A stretch of DNA of 50,942 nt, taken from the IMG/VR virus record IMGVR_UViG_2695420814_000010. One strand, 5' to 3'. Origin of the DNA: a virus (taxonomy: Duplodnaviria; Heunggongvirae; Uroviricota; Caudoviricetes). A program made the position numbers and the translations under genes. Under the pieces are notes generated by a model that had not been told where the DNA came from, did no database searches, and saw only the letters and a program-made list of their open reading frames with translations. How positions within the stretch are numbered: position 1 is the stretch's first letter; every line of letters starts with the position of its first letter. This document shows, one piece after another, positions 21,703 through 29,942 of the stretch.

Positions 21703-23160
21703 TTAGGAGCGCCAAAAAAAACCTGAAAACAATATAATAACAGGATAAATTTCAAGGCGACCAAGAATCATAGCTATGCACATTAAATATTTTGCAATGT
21801 CATTAAGCACTCCGAATGACGATGCAGTAGCCCCAAAACCTAATCCCATATTATTAATACATGCAGCCACTGTTGCAAATGATGTAAGAAAATCATATCC
21901 CATACCATTTAACACCAGTATAAAAAACACCGTGAAGAGAGTATAAAGAAAAAAGAAACTCCATACAGACCTCATTACACGATCTGTAACTATCTTCCCT
22001 CCTACATTTACACTCAACAACGCTCTGGGATGAGAAAGCTGATTTATCTCGTGTTTGCTTTGTTTGAAAAGTATAAGAAATCGAAGTGACTTAATTCCAC
22101 CACAGGTTGAACCTATACATCCCCCAAAGAAACTTGACAACAGCAAAAACACTATCGTGTGCGTGGGCCAGTTTGCATAATCCTGCGTAGCTAAACCATT
22201 ATCAGTGAGCATGGAGCTGGCAAGAAAAAACGAATGAATAAAACTTCCATGCAAGTCATACATACCTATATGCCAGACCTGGAAAGAGGTAACAATGATC
22301 ACCCCTAAGGCTATTAACAGAAAGAAACGAAGTTCAATATCTCTGATTAAAGGTTTTATCGTTTTTCTGCTAATAACAATATACCAAAGAGTGAAGTTGA
22401 AAGCCGATAGCAGGGAAAAAGAACCAGCCACCAGCTCAACCAAATAGTTATTAAAATATCCGATACTCTCGCTATGAGTTGAGAAACCACCAAGCGAAAC
22501 TGTGGAAATCCCGTGACAAATAGCATCAAACAAAGGCATTCCTGCAAGTCTATAACAGACAATACAAGCAATACCTAATAAAGAATAAGTTATCCACAGT
22601 GTCCGTGACGTATCGGCCAGGCGGGGAGTGAGTTTGTCATCCTTAAATGGCCCCGGCATTTCTGACTGATAAAGCTTTGCACCACCAATACCCAATAATG
22701 GCAATACTGCAACCGCCAGAACAATAACTCCTAAACCACCTATAAAATTTAACTGTGACCGATAGTACAAATATGCCCGAGGTAATGAACTAACATCATC
22801 AATTACAGTTGCTCCTGTTGTTGTTATTCCAGAAACCCCTTCAAACAGAGCATCAATGAACGTTAAATTAAGTTCTGAGTCAATCCATAAAGGGAATGCA
22901 CTAATAACAGAAAACAAAATCCAAAACATTACAATTATAATAAACCCATCACGGGTACGTAATTGAATGCCAGATTTCTTAGTTGTATACCACGCTCCGC
23001 CACCAATGCAAAAAAATATAACGAAAGTTATAAAGAAAACGAACAGGCTTTTTTCTTTATAAAACAATGCTACAACCATTGGTGGCAACATTGAAAGACT
23101 ATAGAGCCAAACCAGGAACCCACACATATGAGTAACAACTCTTACATGAGATGTATTCAT
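21703..23160 (-). CDS. trkG: Trk-system potassium uptake membrane protein TrkG
   Basis: Polytopic membrane ORF (track 21703..23178) with repeated glycine-rich pore motifs (GITTTGATV; SLGGFSTH; GGCIGSTCGGIK; GLGFGA). Start taken at MNTSHVRVV, 485 aa as recalled for Rac trkG. Confidence 0.85.
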   Translation of the reverse strand: MNTSHVRVVTHMCGFLVWLYSLSMLPPMVVALFYKEKSLFVFFITFVIFFCIGGGAWYTTKKSGIQLRTRDGFIIIVMFWILFSVISAFPLWIDSELNLTFIDALFEGVSGITTTGATVIDDVSSLPRAYLYYRSQLNFIGGLGVIVLAVAVLPLLGIGGAKLYQSEMPGPFKDDKLTPRLADTSRTLWITYSLLGIACIVCYRLAGMPLFDAICHGISTVSLGGFSTHSESIGYFNNYLVELVAGSFSLLSAFNFTLWYIVISRKTIKPLIRDIELRFFLLIALGVIIVTSFQVWHIGMYDLHGSFIHSFFLASSMLTDNGLATQDYANWPTHTIVFLLLSSFFGGCIGSTCGGIKSLRFLILFKQSKHEINQLSHPRALLSVNVGGKIVTDRVMRSVWSFFFLYTLFTVFFILVLNGMGYDFLTSFATVAACINNMGLGFGATASSFGVLNDIAKYLMCIAMILGRLEIYPVIILFSGFFWRS

Positions 23161-23297
23161 ATCTAAATATTCTTTCAATTATAACCACCTTGCTGCAATA
23201 TTATGATTATACTGTATAAAATTTAACTCCTCTTAGATCTTACTTCACTGTTCCTTATGAAACAATCATCAAAATGAATCATATTGTAGTTAAGATT

Positions 23298-23762
23298 TTA
23301 CTTTAAACACTGCTCGGTTATGTATTGCTGAGCACCTTCAAGTTGGGCCTGCATCATTACCAGTCGTTCCCGGAGGGTGAAATAATCCCGTTCAGCGGTG
23401 TCTGCCAGTCGGGGGGAGGCTGCATTATCCACGCCGGAGGCGGTGGTGGCTTCACGCACTGACTGACAGACTGCTTTGATGTGCAACCGACGACGACCAG
23501 CGGCAACATCATCACGCAGAGCATCATTTTCAGCTTTCGCATCAGCTAACTCCTTCGTGTATTTTGCATCGAGCGCAGCAACATCACGCTGACGCATCTG
23601 CATGTCAGTAATTGCCGCGTTCGCCAGCTTCAGTTCTCTGGCATTTTTGTCGCGCTGGGCTTTGTAGGTAATGGCGTTATCACGGTAATGATTAACAGCC
23701 CATGACAGGCAGACGATGATGCAGATAACCAGAGCGGAGATAATCGCGGTTACTCTGTTCAT
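23298..23762 (-). CDS. Rz: Spanin inner-membrane subunit Rz
   Basis: [38 protein letters not shown]..., near-identical to lambda Rz; ATG overlaps the endolysin stop (ATGA). Confidence 0.85.
   Translation of the reverse strand: MNRVTAIISALVICIIVCLSWAVNHYRDNAITYKAQRDKNARELKLANAAITDMQMRQRDVAALDAKYTKELADAKAENDALRDDVAAGRRRLHIKAVCQSVREATTASGVDNAASPRLADTAERDYFTLRERLVMMQAQLEGAQQYITEQCLK
23357..23542 (-). CDS. Rz1: Spanin outer-membrane lipoprotein Rz1 (embedded in Rz in the +1 frame)
   Basis: 61-aa ORF wholly inside Rz; lipobox VVVGC and Pro-rich [16 protein letters not shown]. Confidence 0.8.
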   Translation of the reverse strand: MRKLKMMLCVMMLPLVVVGCTSKQSVSQCVKPPPPPAWIMQPPPDWQTPLNGIISPSGNDW

Positions 23763-24256
23763 TGCTGACCCCACAAACAGATTTCACGCTCAATCTCACG
23801 ACGAGTCATGAGACCTTTCCATTGCTTACCGCCAGCATATGTCCAGCGACGTAGCTGATCACATGCGCCTTTGATATCGCCCTGGTTTATTTTGCGAAGA
23901 AGCGTCGATGTTCTGAAATTGCCAGCACCCACGTTGTAAACGAATGAGTAAAGAGCGCCGCGCGTTGTTTCCGGTATATCGACTTTGATGTACGGGTTAA
24001 TTTGTCTGGCGACAGTGGCAAGGTCTTTATTCAAGAGTGTTTTGCATTCTGCTTTGGTATACGTTTTACCGAGCATGATGTCTTTTCCTGTATGCCCGTG
24101 ACATACAGTCCATACACCAACAATATCTTTGTATGGTATGTAGCTGACACCTTCCAGACCATCGTTACCACTTGGGCCAGTGATTAACACTGATGCTATA
24201 GCAATTGCTCCGCCACCAATAGCAGCAGCAACGACTTTTCGTAATGATGGAGGCAT
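23759..24256 (-). CDS. R: SAR endolysin (phage 21 R-type lysozyme)
   Basis: [36 protein letters not shown]...: Gly/Ala-rich signal-anchor-release N-terminus followed by a T4-lysozyme-like domain. Confidence 0.85.
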   Translation of the reverse strand: MPPSLRKVVAAAIGGGAIAIASVLITGPSGNDGLEGVSYIPYKDIVGVWTVCHGHTGKDIMLGKTYTKAECKTLLNKDLATVARQINPYIKVDIPETTRGALYSFVYNVGAGNFRTSTLLRKINQGDIKGACDQLRRWTYAGGKQWKGLMTRREIEREICLWGQQ

Positions 24257-24471
24257 TATTCACCTCTCGCAGCCTTGCGCTTATCTTCTTTAATCTTGAA
24301 ATAAAGGTTTGTCAGGTACGTCAGCAGGCCAAATACCAGACTACCCAGCACACCGATTGCAGCCCACTGTGACGGAGTTACTCTATCGAGCAACTGTAAA
24401 AACCAGTAGCCAGCACTGCCTGCGGAGGTGCCGTAGGCAATGCCTGTTGAAATTTTGTCCATGGATTTCAT
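24256..24471 (-). CDS. S: Pinholin S (phage 21 S-type) with dual-start motif
   Basis: From Met20 of the track ORF: [24 protein letters not shown]...; the M-K-S-M start gives 71-aa antiholin and 68-aa holin forms; two TMDs. Confidence 0.85.
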   Translation of the reverse strand: MKSMDKISTGIAYGTSAGSAGYWFLQLLDRVTPSQWAAIGVLGSLVFGLLTYLTNLYFKIKEDKRKAARGE

Positions 24472-24573
24472 AGCCTCACCTCCGCACGGAACGGATGGCA
24501 TAGTTATTATGTGTAGGCTTTCAGACACATCAATCAGAGCCTTAATTGATATATATGCTGGAGACGATGCAAT

Positions 24574-24597
24574 ATAAAAAGCTCGCCGTAGCGAGCT
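24574..24597 (-). terminator. Hairpin plus U-run between lipoprotein moron and holin
   Basis: Minus strand GCTCGC-TACG-GCGAGC followed by TTTTTATATT. Confidence 0.45.
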
Positions 24598-24722
24598 AAT
24601 AAAATGTATTTCTCTGATATTATGTTTATTTGTATTAGCTCAGACTTGACATCACAGGTTTCGTATATAGAACATCATCAAATCTGTCAGTTTGCTATGA
24701 ATGAGATATAGTAATTGAAGAG

Positions 24723-25118
24723 CTAACCTCGCATGTCAAAGCCAGATTTCTGAAAATCTCTGTAGACTTCCGGATTGTTGAAGGCCGGAAATTTGGCTTT
24801 ATGAGCTGCGGACTTTATCGCTTCGCAATAGGCTTTATCACCGTTACTGGTAGATATTTTTAACGCCGTGCCATCCTGAGAGAATTCCATATGCAACCTG
24901 CATTTTTTCCCTTTCCAGTTATGCGGCTCATCAAGTTTGGCATTAATTGCAGCTCTGATTCCCCGCGCTTGCGCCCCCCATTCATCCTGATCATCCCAGC
25001 GTCCTGAACTGCAACTACCTGTAGCAGTAGTTTTGTGGCAATCTGAAGGGTGTAAAGGTGTGCATCCCGCAACAAAACCGACCCAAAAAGTCAACATAAC
25101 GATTTTCTTTAATCCCAC
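24723..25118 (-). CDS. Lipoprotein with TolA C-terminal-domain (domain III)-like fold
   Basis: Signal peptide with lipobox VAGC; C-terminal KKCRLHMEFSQDGTALKI...YCEAIKSAAHKAKFPAFNNPEVYRDFQKSGFDMRG has the same Cys/Pro spacing as TolA domain III. Confidence 0.55.
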   Translation of the reverse strand: MGLKKIVMLTFWVGFVAGCTPLHPSDCHKTTATGSCSSGRWDDQDEWGAQARGIRAAINAKLDEPHNWKGKKCRLHMEFSQDGTALKISTSNGDKAYCEAIKSAAHKAKFPAFNNPEVYRDFQKSGFDMRG

Positions 25119-25268
25119 TTCTTGCTCCTCAATCCATTAAAATCTCAGCAATAGTAGTTGTTACGTCCGCCACTGGCTCAGAGCTGACTATCCGCTAAAT
25201 TTAGCTCAGTGCCGTAGCTGTGTCAGAACAAACCTAAGCCGAAACCGTTTATTACAAAACAATAAATA

Positions 25269-25697
25269 TCAGGGTTTAAAATCCAGCACCCCATTTTGAA
25301 ATACTTTATATACTTCCGGCGAAGGGGGGGCAGGTATATCAGCATTCTTTATCGCATTCATCGCTTCACGACATAAATCGAGGTCTCCACTTTCTCTTTT
25401 AACCTCCAGTAGAAGGCCATTCGGGGCCATATGCATTCTCAGTGTACACTCTTTTCCTGAATACTTACTCGCATCCCCGAACTGTTTTTCGATGGCGCTC
25501 TTGATTTGATGGGCATACAGACGGATATCCTCACTAACATCAGAAGTACGTTCAGATGAACTCACATACTGTGTCTCTATTGCTTTATCGGAGTAATATG
25601 ATGTACGGTCATGATAATTTGTCGATACAGCATCAGTGCACCCGATAATAATCCCACTAATAATCAACGTAAGAATTGATGCGCTACGAAAACCCAT
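25269..25697 (-). CDS. Lipoprotein with TolA C-terminal-domain (domain III) homology
   Basis: Lipobox IIGC; C-terminal 80 aa (YAHQIKSAIEKQFGDASKYSGKECTLRMHMAPNGLLLEVK...IPAPPSPEVYKVFQNGVLDFKP) aligns closely with the recalled E. coli TolA C-terminus (...YAGKTCTLRIKLAPDGMLLDIK...IPKPPSQAVYEVFKNAPLDFKP). Confidence 0.7.
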   Translation of the reverse strand: MGFRSASILTLIISGIIIGCTDAVSTNYHDRTSYYSDKAIETQYVSSSERTSDVSEDIRLYAHQIKSAIEKQFGDASKYSGKECTLRMHMAPNGLLLEVKRESGDLDLCREAMNAIKNADIPAPPSPEVYKVFQNGVLDFKP

Positions 25698-26285
25698 TTT
25701 TCCTCACATATGTCATATAGTAAAGGATTATATATACCGTTGTTTTGGACGCTCAAACAGCGAATCAGATCAAATAAAACGCACATTTGTTAACATTTAC
25801 ACAAAGTCTGCGTGGGATATTCTGAAAGAATATCCATAATGTGGAGAGAATCTATTGAAGTGCATGGTGCCGGGTGCCTCCCGGTGAACAAAATGTTCGT
25901 GATACCTGTCGGCGACAGAAAAGGTTAATGGTATCACCCCACCGCACAGGGGGATTCACCATGCAGGAGTTTTCTTAGCAAACTCACTGCGCGCCCGGCA
26001 ACTCCCAACCACATAAAATGCGGAGTTTGTGGCATTTATGCATATAACTCGCAGGAATTATCTTAAAAAACTGATGTCGATCCGGATTAAAAAGAAGCAG
26101 GTCATCATCAGATGACTGGAAAAAAGGAAAACAAAAAATACTCATCATACAGTTTTGATTGCAGGGATGAGCCTGCTATGCACAATATGCAGAATATAAG
26201 CAAGATAAAAATATGCAGGCATATTATTTCGGATCTTGTTATTAACACAACCTTTTTAATAATCATTTGGCATACAATAAACCAG

Positions 26286-26316
26286 CCCAAAAAGAACCGC
26301 CTAAACAGGCGGTTGG
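26286..26316 (-). terminator. Rho-independent terminator in late leader region
   Basis: Minus strand AACCGCC-TGTTTA-GGCGGTT followed by CTTTTTGGG. Confidence 0.45.
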
Positions 26317-26632
26317 TCAATACAAAGGATGCTTCGTCTTTATTATAGTAATCTGAGGCGTCGGGTGTCTTGTATCAGACAACATATTGTCCCGCTAAAC
26401 AGCGAATTACAAACCACCCTGCAATGATCTCTCATCTCATTTTATATGAGTTGACGACATCAGGATAACGCATCATCAGCCCCTGCCAAGAAATATCAAA
26501 ACTCCCGCCAGCAATGTGTTATCACAATATTGTAAAAAAAACACAGCACCGAAACTATAACTGGTCTCTGTTATAATTTGGAGCAGAAAGACCAGTTGCC
26601 CAACTAGCAGCATTCTCCCCTGCTTTCCTGAC

Positions 26633-26663
26633 GTAAAAAAACCGCATTAAGCGGTTTTTTTAC
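26633..26663 (-). terminator. tR'-like bidirectional terminator about 80 nt downstream of Q
   Basis: AAAAAAACCGC-TTAAT-GCGGTTTTTTT: A-run and T-run flank the hairpin, so it can terminate on either strand. Confidence 0.6.
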
Positions 26664-26741
26664 GATGTCCATGTCTGCAATCCGCCTCGCGATACAGCTT
26701 TGCGAAGCATAGCAAAATTGAAGCAGTTTATACGTAAGAAA

Positions 26742-27284
26742 TCAAGCCATTTTCTCAGCAAATGATTCACGCATGGGAATATATAGGGCATACTCAGCAA
26801 CAGCTAACCAATTAGCAATCCGTTTTTCGCATGTGCTAAAACACCACTCTGGGTGTGCATCATTTAGCAATTCAGCCATTTTGCGCTTAGTCATCCCCCG
26901 CCCTTCATAGCGTTGCCGGAGAATGCAAATCAATCCTGGATGCTCTGCCAGCACCTCACTTATGACTCGATCAATACATAACGCCTCTGCATCAGTACAA
27001 TGCGCCAGCCAGCTCTTTTGCTTGCCGTTGATCATCTCTCGCAAAAACGCTTCCAGCTCAGCTTTCTCTATTCCCGCTTTTTTCATTCTGCGCAGGGCTT
27101 CATTAATGGCTGTTTTCGTCAGTTTTTTGGATGCCAACAACTGATTGAACATATTCCCTGACCTGCCACCGCCAATATACGACCAGCGCCCCCACATACG
27201 TAGTTTTCCCTGAATCCAGACACTTTCCAGCGTGGTGAGGCGAAGGTGTTCTCCGCTTTTTCCTGTATTCGTTGGGTAAATCAT
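26742..27284 (-). CDS. Putative late-gene antiterminator Q
   Basis: 180-aa ORF in the Q position: last gene of the nin region, immediately upstream of the tR'-like terminator and late genes; start overlaps the ybcO-like stop (ATGA). Confidence 0.5.
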   Translation of the reverse strand: MIYPTNTGKSGEHLRLTTLESVWIQGKLRMWGRWSYIGGGRSGNMFNQLLASKKLTKTAINEALRRMKKAGIEKAELEAFLREMINGKQKSWLAHCTDAEALCIDRVISEVLAEHPGLICILRQRYEGRGMTKRKMAELLNDAHPEWCFSTCEKRIANWLAVAEYALYIPMRESFAEKMA

Positions 27285-27571
27285 AAATGACCTTTCTTTC
27301 TCCAGATTTCTTGTGTGCGAAAAACCCCTTCAGCATGCATCAGGCGCAATTCTTCTTTGGTGTAATCGCTGGTTTTTACCCGCCCGTCGATTAGATCGTG
27401 GCATGAGCTACAGGCTATCGCCGCCTGCATATCATGTGGTTTTGTCGCTGTTCCGCACGTCCCCGCCAGCCTGTAATGCGCCAGCACAGAGGTTTCGGGA
27501 TTGTGATTGCAGTAGCCAGGGATTCTGATCTGGCACATCTGGCCTTTAGCCGCTTTACGTAAATTCACCAT
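27281..27571 (-). CDS. YbcO-like zinc-binding putative nuclease (DUF1364-like)
   Basis: 96-aa ORF LRKAAKGQMCQIRIPGYCNHNPETSVLAHYRLAG.CGT.TKP...IACSSCHDLIDGR, same length and Cys pattern as DLP12 YbcO (recalled). Confidence 0.7.
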   Translation of the reverse strand: MVNLRKAAKGQMCQIRIPGYCNHNPETSVLAHYRLAGTCGTATKPHDMQAAIACSSCHDLIDGRVKTSDYTKEELRLMHAEGVFRTQEIWRKKGHL

Positions 27572-28170
27572 TACGCAAACTCCAGTAGTTGTGCGGCCAC
27601 ATTTTCAACTTCCTCCTGAGAGGAGAATTTACGGAACAGAATCCAGTTCCACAGCACATTCAGTACAGATTTATAAACCTGCTGAAACTCGACTTCGTCC
27701 ATATTCGCAAAAGCGATGGATTTTGCCCGACGCCCACGGCTACCGTCCGGATAAATATGCTCGGTGTAAAATCCGGCCTGAATGGTTACCCACTCGCGGA
27801 AAGCCTCAAACGACTTTAGCAACGCCGTATCCCGGGTTCTACGAGTCGCAACGGTGTTAAGGTATTGCTCTGCGGCATCACTCAGGGCTGGCGTGTGTTC
27901 CCGACCAACTGATTCGCACAGGTAATCAACGAAACCAGACAGCAGTTCTCGTTCGCGAGGCGTGATCGCCCCACCGACCGGAGTCCAGTAATCGAATCCC
28001 AGTTGCAGGAGTTTGAAAAAACGCTTGTGGAATGCGTAGTTACGCACACGCTTAAAGTCTGCGTGTATCCACTCACCTATTTTGATTTGATGCAGAAAAT
28101 CGCAACTCTCCGGCGTCGCCGGGAGAAGTAAACCAGAAGAGGTTTGTTTGACCAGTTGTATATGCGCCAT
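27571..28170 (-). CDS. Conserved nin-region phage protein (DUF1367-like, tentative)
   Basis: 199-aa ORF starting MAHIQLVKQTSSGLLLPATPESCDF; an IS-truncated paralogous copy lies at 34869..35184. Confidence 0.5.
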   Translation of the reverse strand: MAHIQLVKQTSSGLLLPATPESCDFLHQIKIGEWIHADFKRVRNYAFHKRFFKLLQLGFDYWTPVGGAITPRERELLSGFVDYLCESVGREHTPALSDAAEQYLNTVATRRTRDTALLKSFEAFREWVTIQAGFYTEHIYPDGSRGRRAKSIAFANMDEVEFQQVYKSVLNVLWNWILFRKFSSQEEVENVAAQLLEFA

Positions 28171-28450
28171 TTCTCAATCTCTCGATGGCGCAGCGCAGCA
28201 GATGCCAGTTGTTCAGGCTGACGAATAAAGTATAAATAAACTGGCTATGGTGTAAAGCCCCACATAGCATGAACAAACACTACATATCAAATAGCTGGTA
28301 CAAGGATAGAAATACGACACTTATTATTAAAAACGATTAGATAAATTACATTTTAATGTTATGCAAAAGTTCTTTTTTATCATAACATTTCAATAAAAGC
28401 ATTACAGATGCAATCATCCCGTCATCATCAATTATTTAAGGTGGTTAAAC

Positions 28451-28537
28451 ATGGAAAATAACAAGTTCGCACATCTCGCTCCTTTTTTATCCGTAATCCT
28501 TTTCGCTTGTTGTTTTATATGGGCATTATTTTTATAA
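28451..28537 (+). CDS. Candidate small hydrophobic peptide (28 aa)
   Basis: AAGGTGG Shine-Dalgarno 7 nt before ATG; MENNKFAHLAPFLSVILFACCFIWALFL has one predicted TM segment. Not in the ORF track (under 60 aa). Confidence 0.25.
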   Translation: MENNKFAHLAPFLSVILFACCFIWALFL

Positions 28538-28943
28538 AGTAGCCACATGATAAGTTGCTGGAATCATATTTCCCACTCAAGTCATTAACATTTGATAAGA
28601 TATATCTAAAAGGACGCCTTTACATTATTTATGCGTATATAATTTATTTATATACACAGTAAAGGTATCCTGGGAAAATATTTATCGTTAAAAAATACAT
28701 CATAAATAATTAAGCTGAAATTTCAGAACACAACTAATACACACAATAAGGTTCAGTAACAGTAATCTATGTGGACTACATCGAGATTTTTTGATTAAAC
28801 TTTAATAACTTATTCCTAACACACAGAATGCATAAACTAAAAGTAAAACAAATAGTTATACGAAAAACAACCATATTTATTCTATCTTCTCCTCTAATCA
28901 ACATATCAATTATGTGTTTCATAACAGCTTGACATAACCCTCC

Positions 28944-28970
28944 AAAAGATGCATTTTTAATGCATGTTTT
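28944..28970 (+). promoter_or_regulatory. NsrR-type inverted-repeat operator in the yeaR-like promoter region
   Basis: AAAAGATGCATT-ttt-AATGCATGTTTT between a TTGACA -35 hexamer (28929..28934) and the GGAGGAGG Shine-Dalgarno; resembles the recalled NsrR consensus AAGATGCATTT-N-AAATGCATCTT. Confidence 0.4.
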
Positions 28971-28983
28971 GGAGGAGGTGGTT

Positions 28984-29322
28984 ATGACACACAAGAGAAT
29001 TCCTAAAGATTGGGTAATCAAACGCTCAACTCCGTTCTTCACAAAAGAGAACGTACCTTCAGCGTTATTAACACATCATAATACAGCAGCAGGTGTTTTT
29101 GGGCAGTTGTGCGTAATGGAAGGCACTGTAACATATTATGGTTTTACTGATGAGAATGCTACTGAACCGGAGATAAAAGTAGTCATTAATGCTGGCGCTT
29201 TTGCAACAAGCCCACCACAATACTGGCACCGTGTTGAACTAAGCGATGATGCTCAGTTTAATATTAACTTTTGGGTCGCTCCAGACTTTTCGGGCGAAAA
29301 AGTCTATAGCACCAAAAAATAG
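28984..29322 (+). CDS. YeaR-like DUF1971 (TehB N-terminal-domain-like cupin) protein
   Basis: Start MTHKRIPKDW after GGAGGAGG; KRSTPFFTKENVPSALL...GTVTYYGF.DE..EPE...INAGAFATSPPQYWHRVE..DDAQFNINFWVAP follows the recalled E. coli YeaR pattern. Confidence 0.65.
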   Translation: MTHKRIPKDWVIKRSTPFFTKENVPSALLTHHNTAAGVFGQLCVMEGTVTYYGFTDENATEPEIKVVINAGAFATSPPQYWHRVELSDDAQFNINFWVAPDFSGEKVYSTKK

Positions 29323-29942
29323 ATGATCATATTAAAAATGCTTTAACAGTCAGACCCGGCAGGGCTATCCCCGACGGGTCTCATTTTTGTAAATATATTG
29401 GTTCTACATTGACAGGAGACTTCAACCATAAGAAGTAATCTGAATACTTGAGCAATAAATTTACTTAAGATTAATGAGCGCACCTTGCCGGACAAAGATA
29501 AACCAAGGTAACACCTTTTTTCTAGCCAGTATGTAATCAATCAGAAAGCCGCTCCATAAGAACAACAGCAAGACAATAAATTGCCATTACAGCCGCAATA
29601 GCCAGCGCACATTTGAGAACCAGCACGACAACCCCCTGTATTAGACGCACACCAGTCCTGATAAATATGAGGCTGTCTCGTCAGTGATTCAATACAACTA
29701 TTGGGTATAGTTTCTGTGATTTTATTCTGTAGAAATGGAACACAACAACCAGTCACCACCAGCACTTCCTTAAATGCTCTAAGTCAGAAACAAGCCAACA
29801 TTTTAGTCCGCTTTGAGCGATCTGCAGACATTGCTAGCAGCCTTCTGTGTGAATTCTCAGGGAGCAGGTCGGCATAGCATCACGTTGAGGCTCTTACCCT
29901 ACTTGTTCACACCAACCCTAACTCCACAGACTGATTCATAAA

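Noticed and set aside
26108-26348. Overlapping 70-aa (minus) and 78-aa (plus) ORFs in the late leader region
   Set aside because: AT-rich low-complexity sequence; the minus-strand ORF starts inside a terminator hairpin and has no Shine-Dalgarno. A shorter internal hydrophobic peptide cannot be excluded but is unsupported.
25698-26741. Possible tRNA genes in the Q-to-lysis region
   Set aside because: No acceptor-stem/T-arm (GTTCRANYC-like) pattern found by eye; needs tRNAscan-SE to exclude formally.
29343-29540. 65-aa minus-strand ORF downstream of the hok-leader-like remnant
   Set aside because: Lies where a hok gene would be if the remnant were intact, but the translation is not Hok-like (no transmembrane segment) and overlaps the yeaR terminator hairpin.
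29541-29765. Cys-rich 74-aa ORF (…CAGYCGCNGNLLSCCCSYGAAF)
   Set aside because: Looked like a possible bacteriocin-type peptide, but the DNA is a diverged, indel-containing remnant of the queH-like 3' end and hok leader (compare 36040..36260), so the frame is most likely fortuitous.
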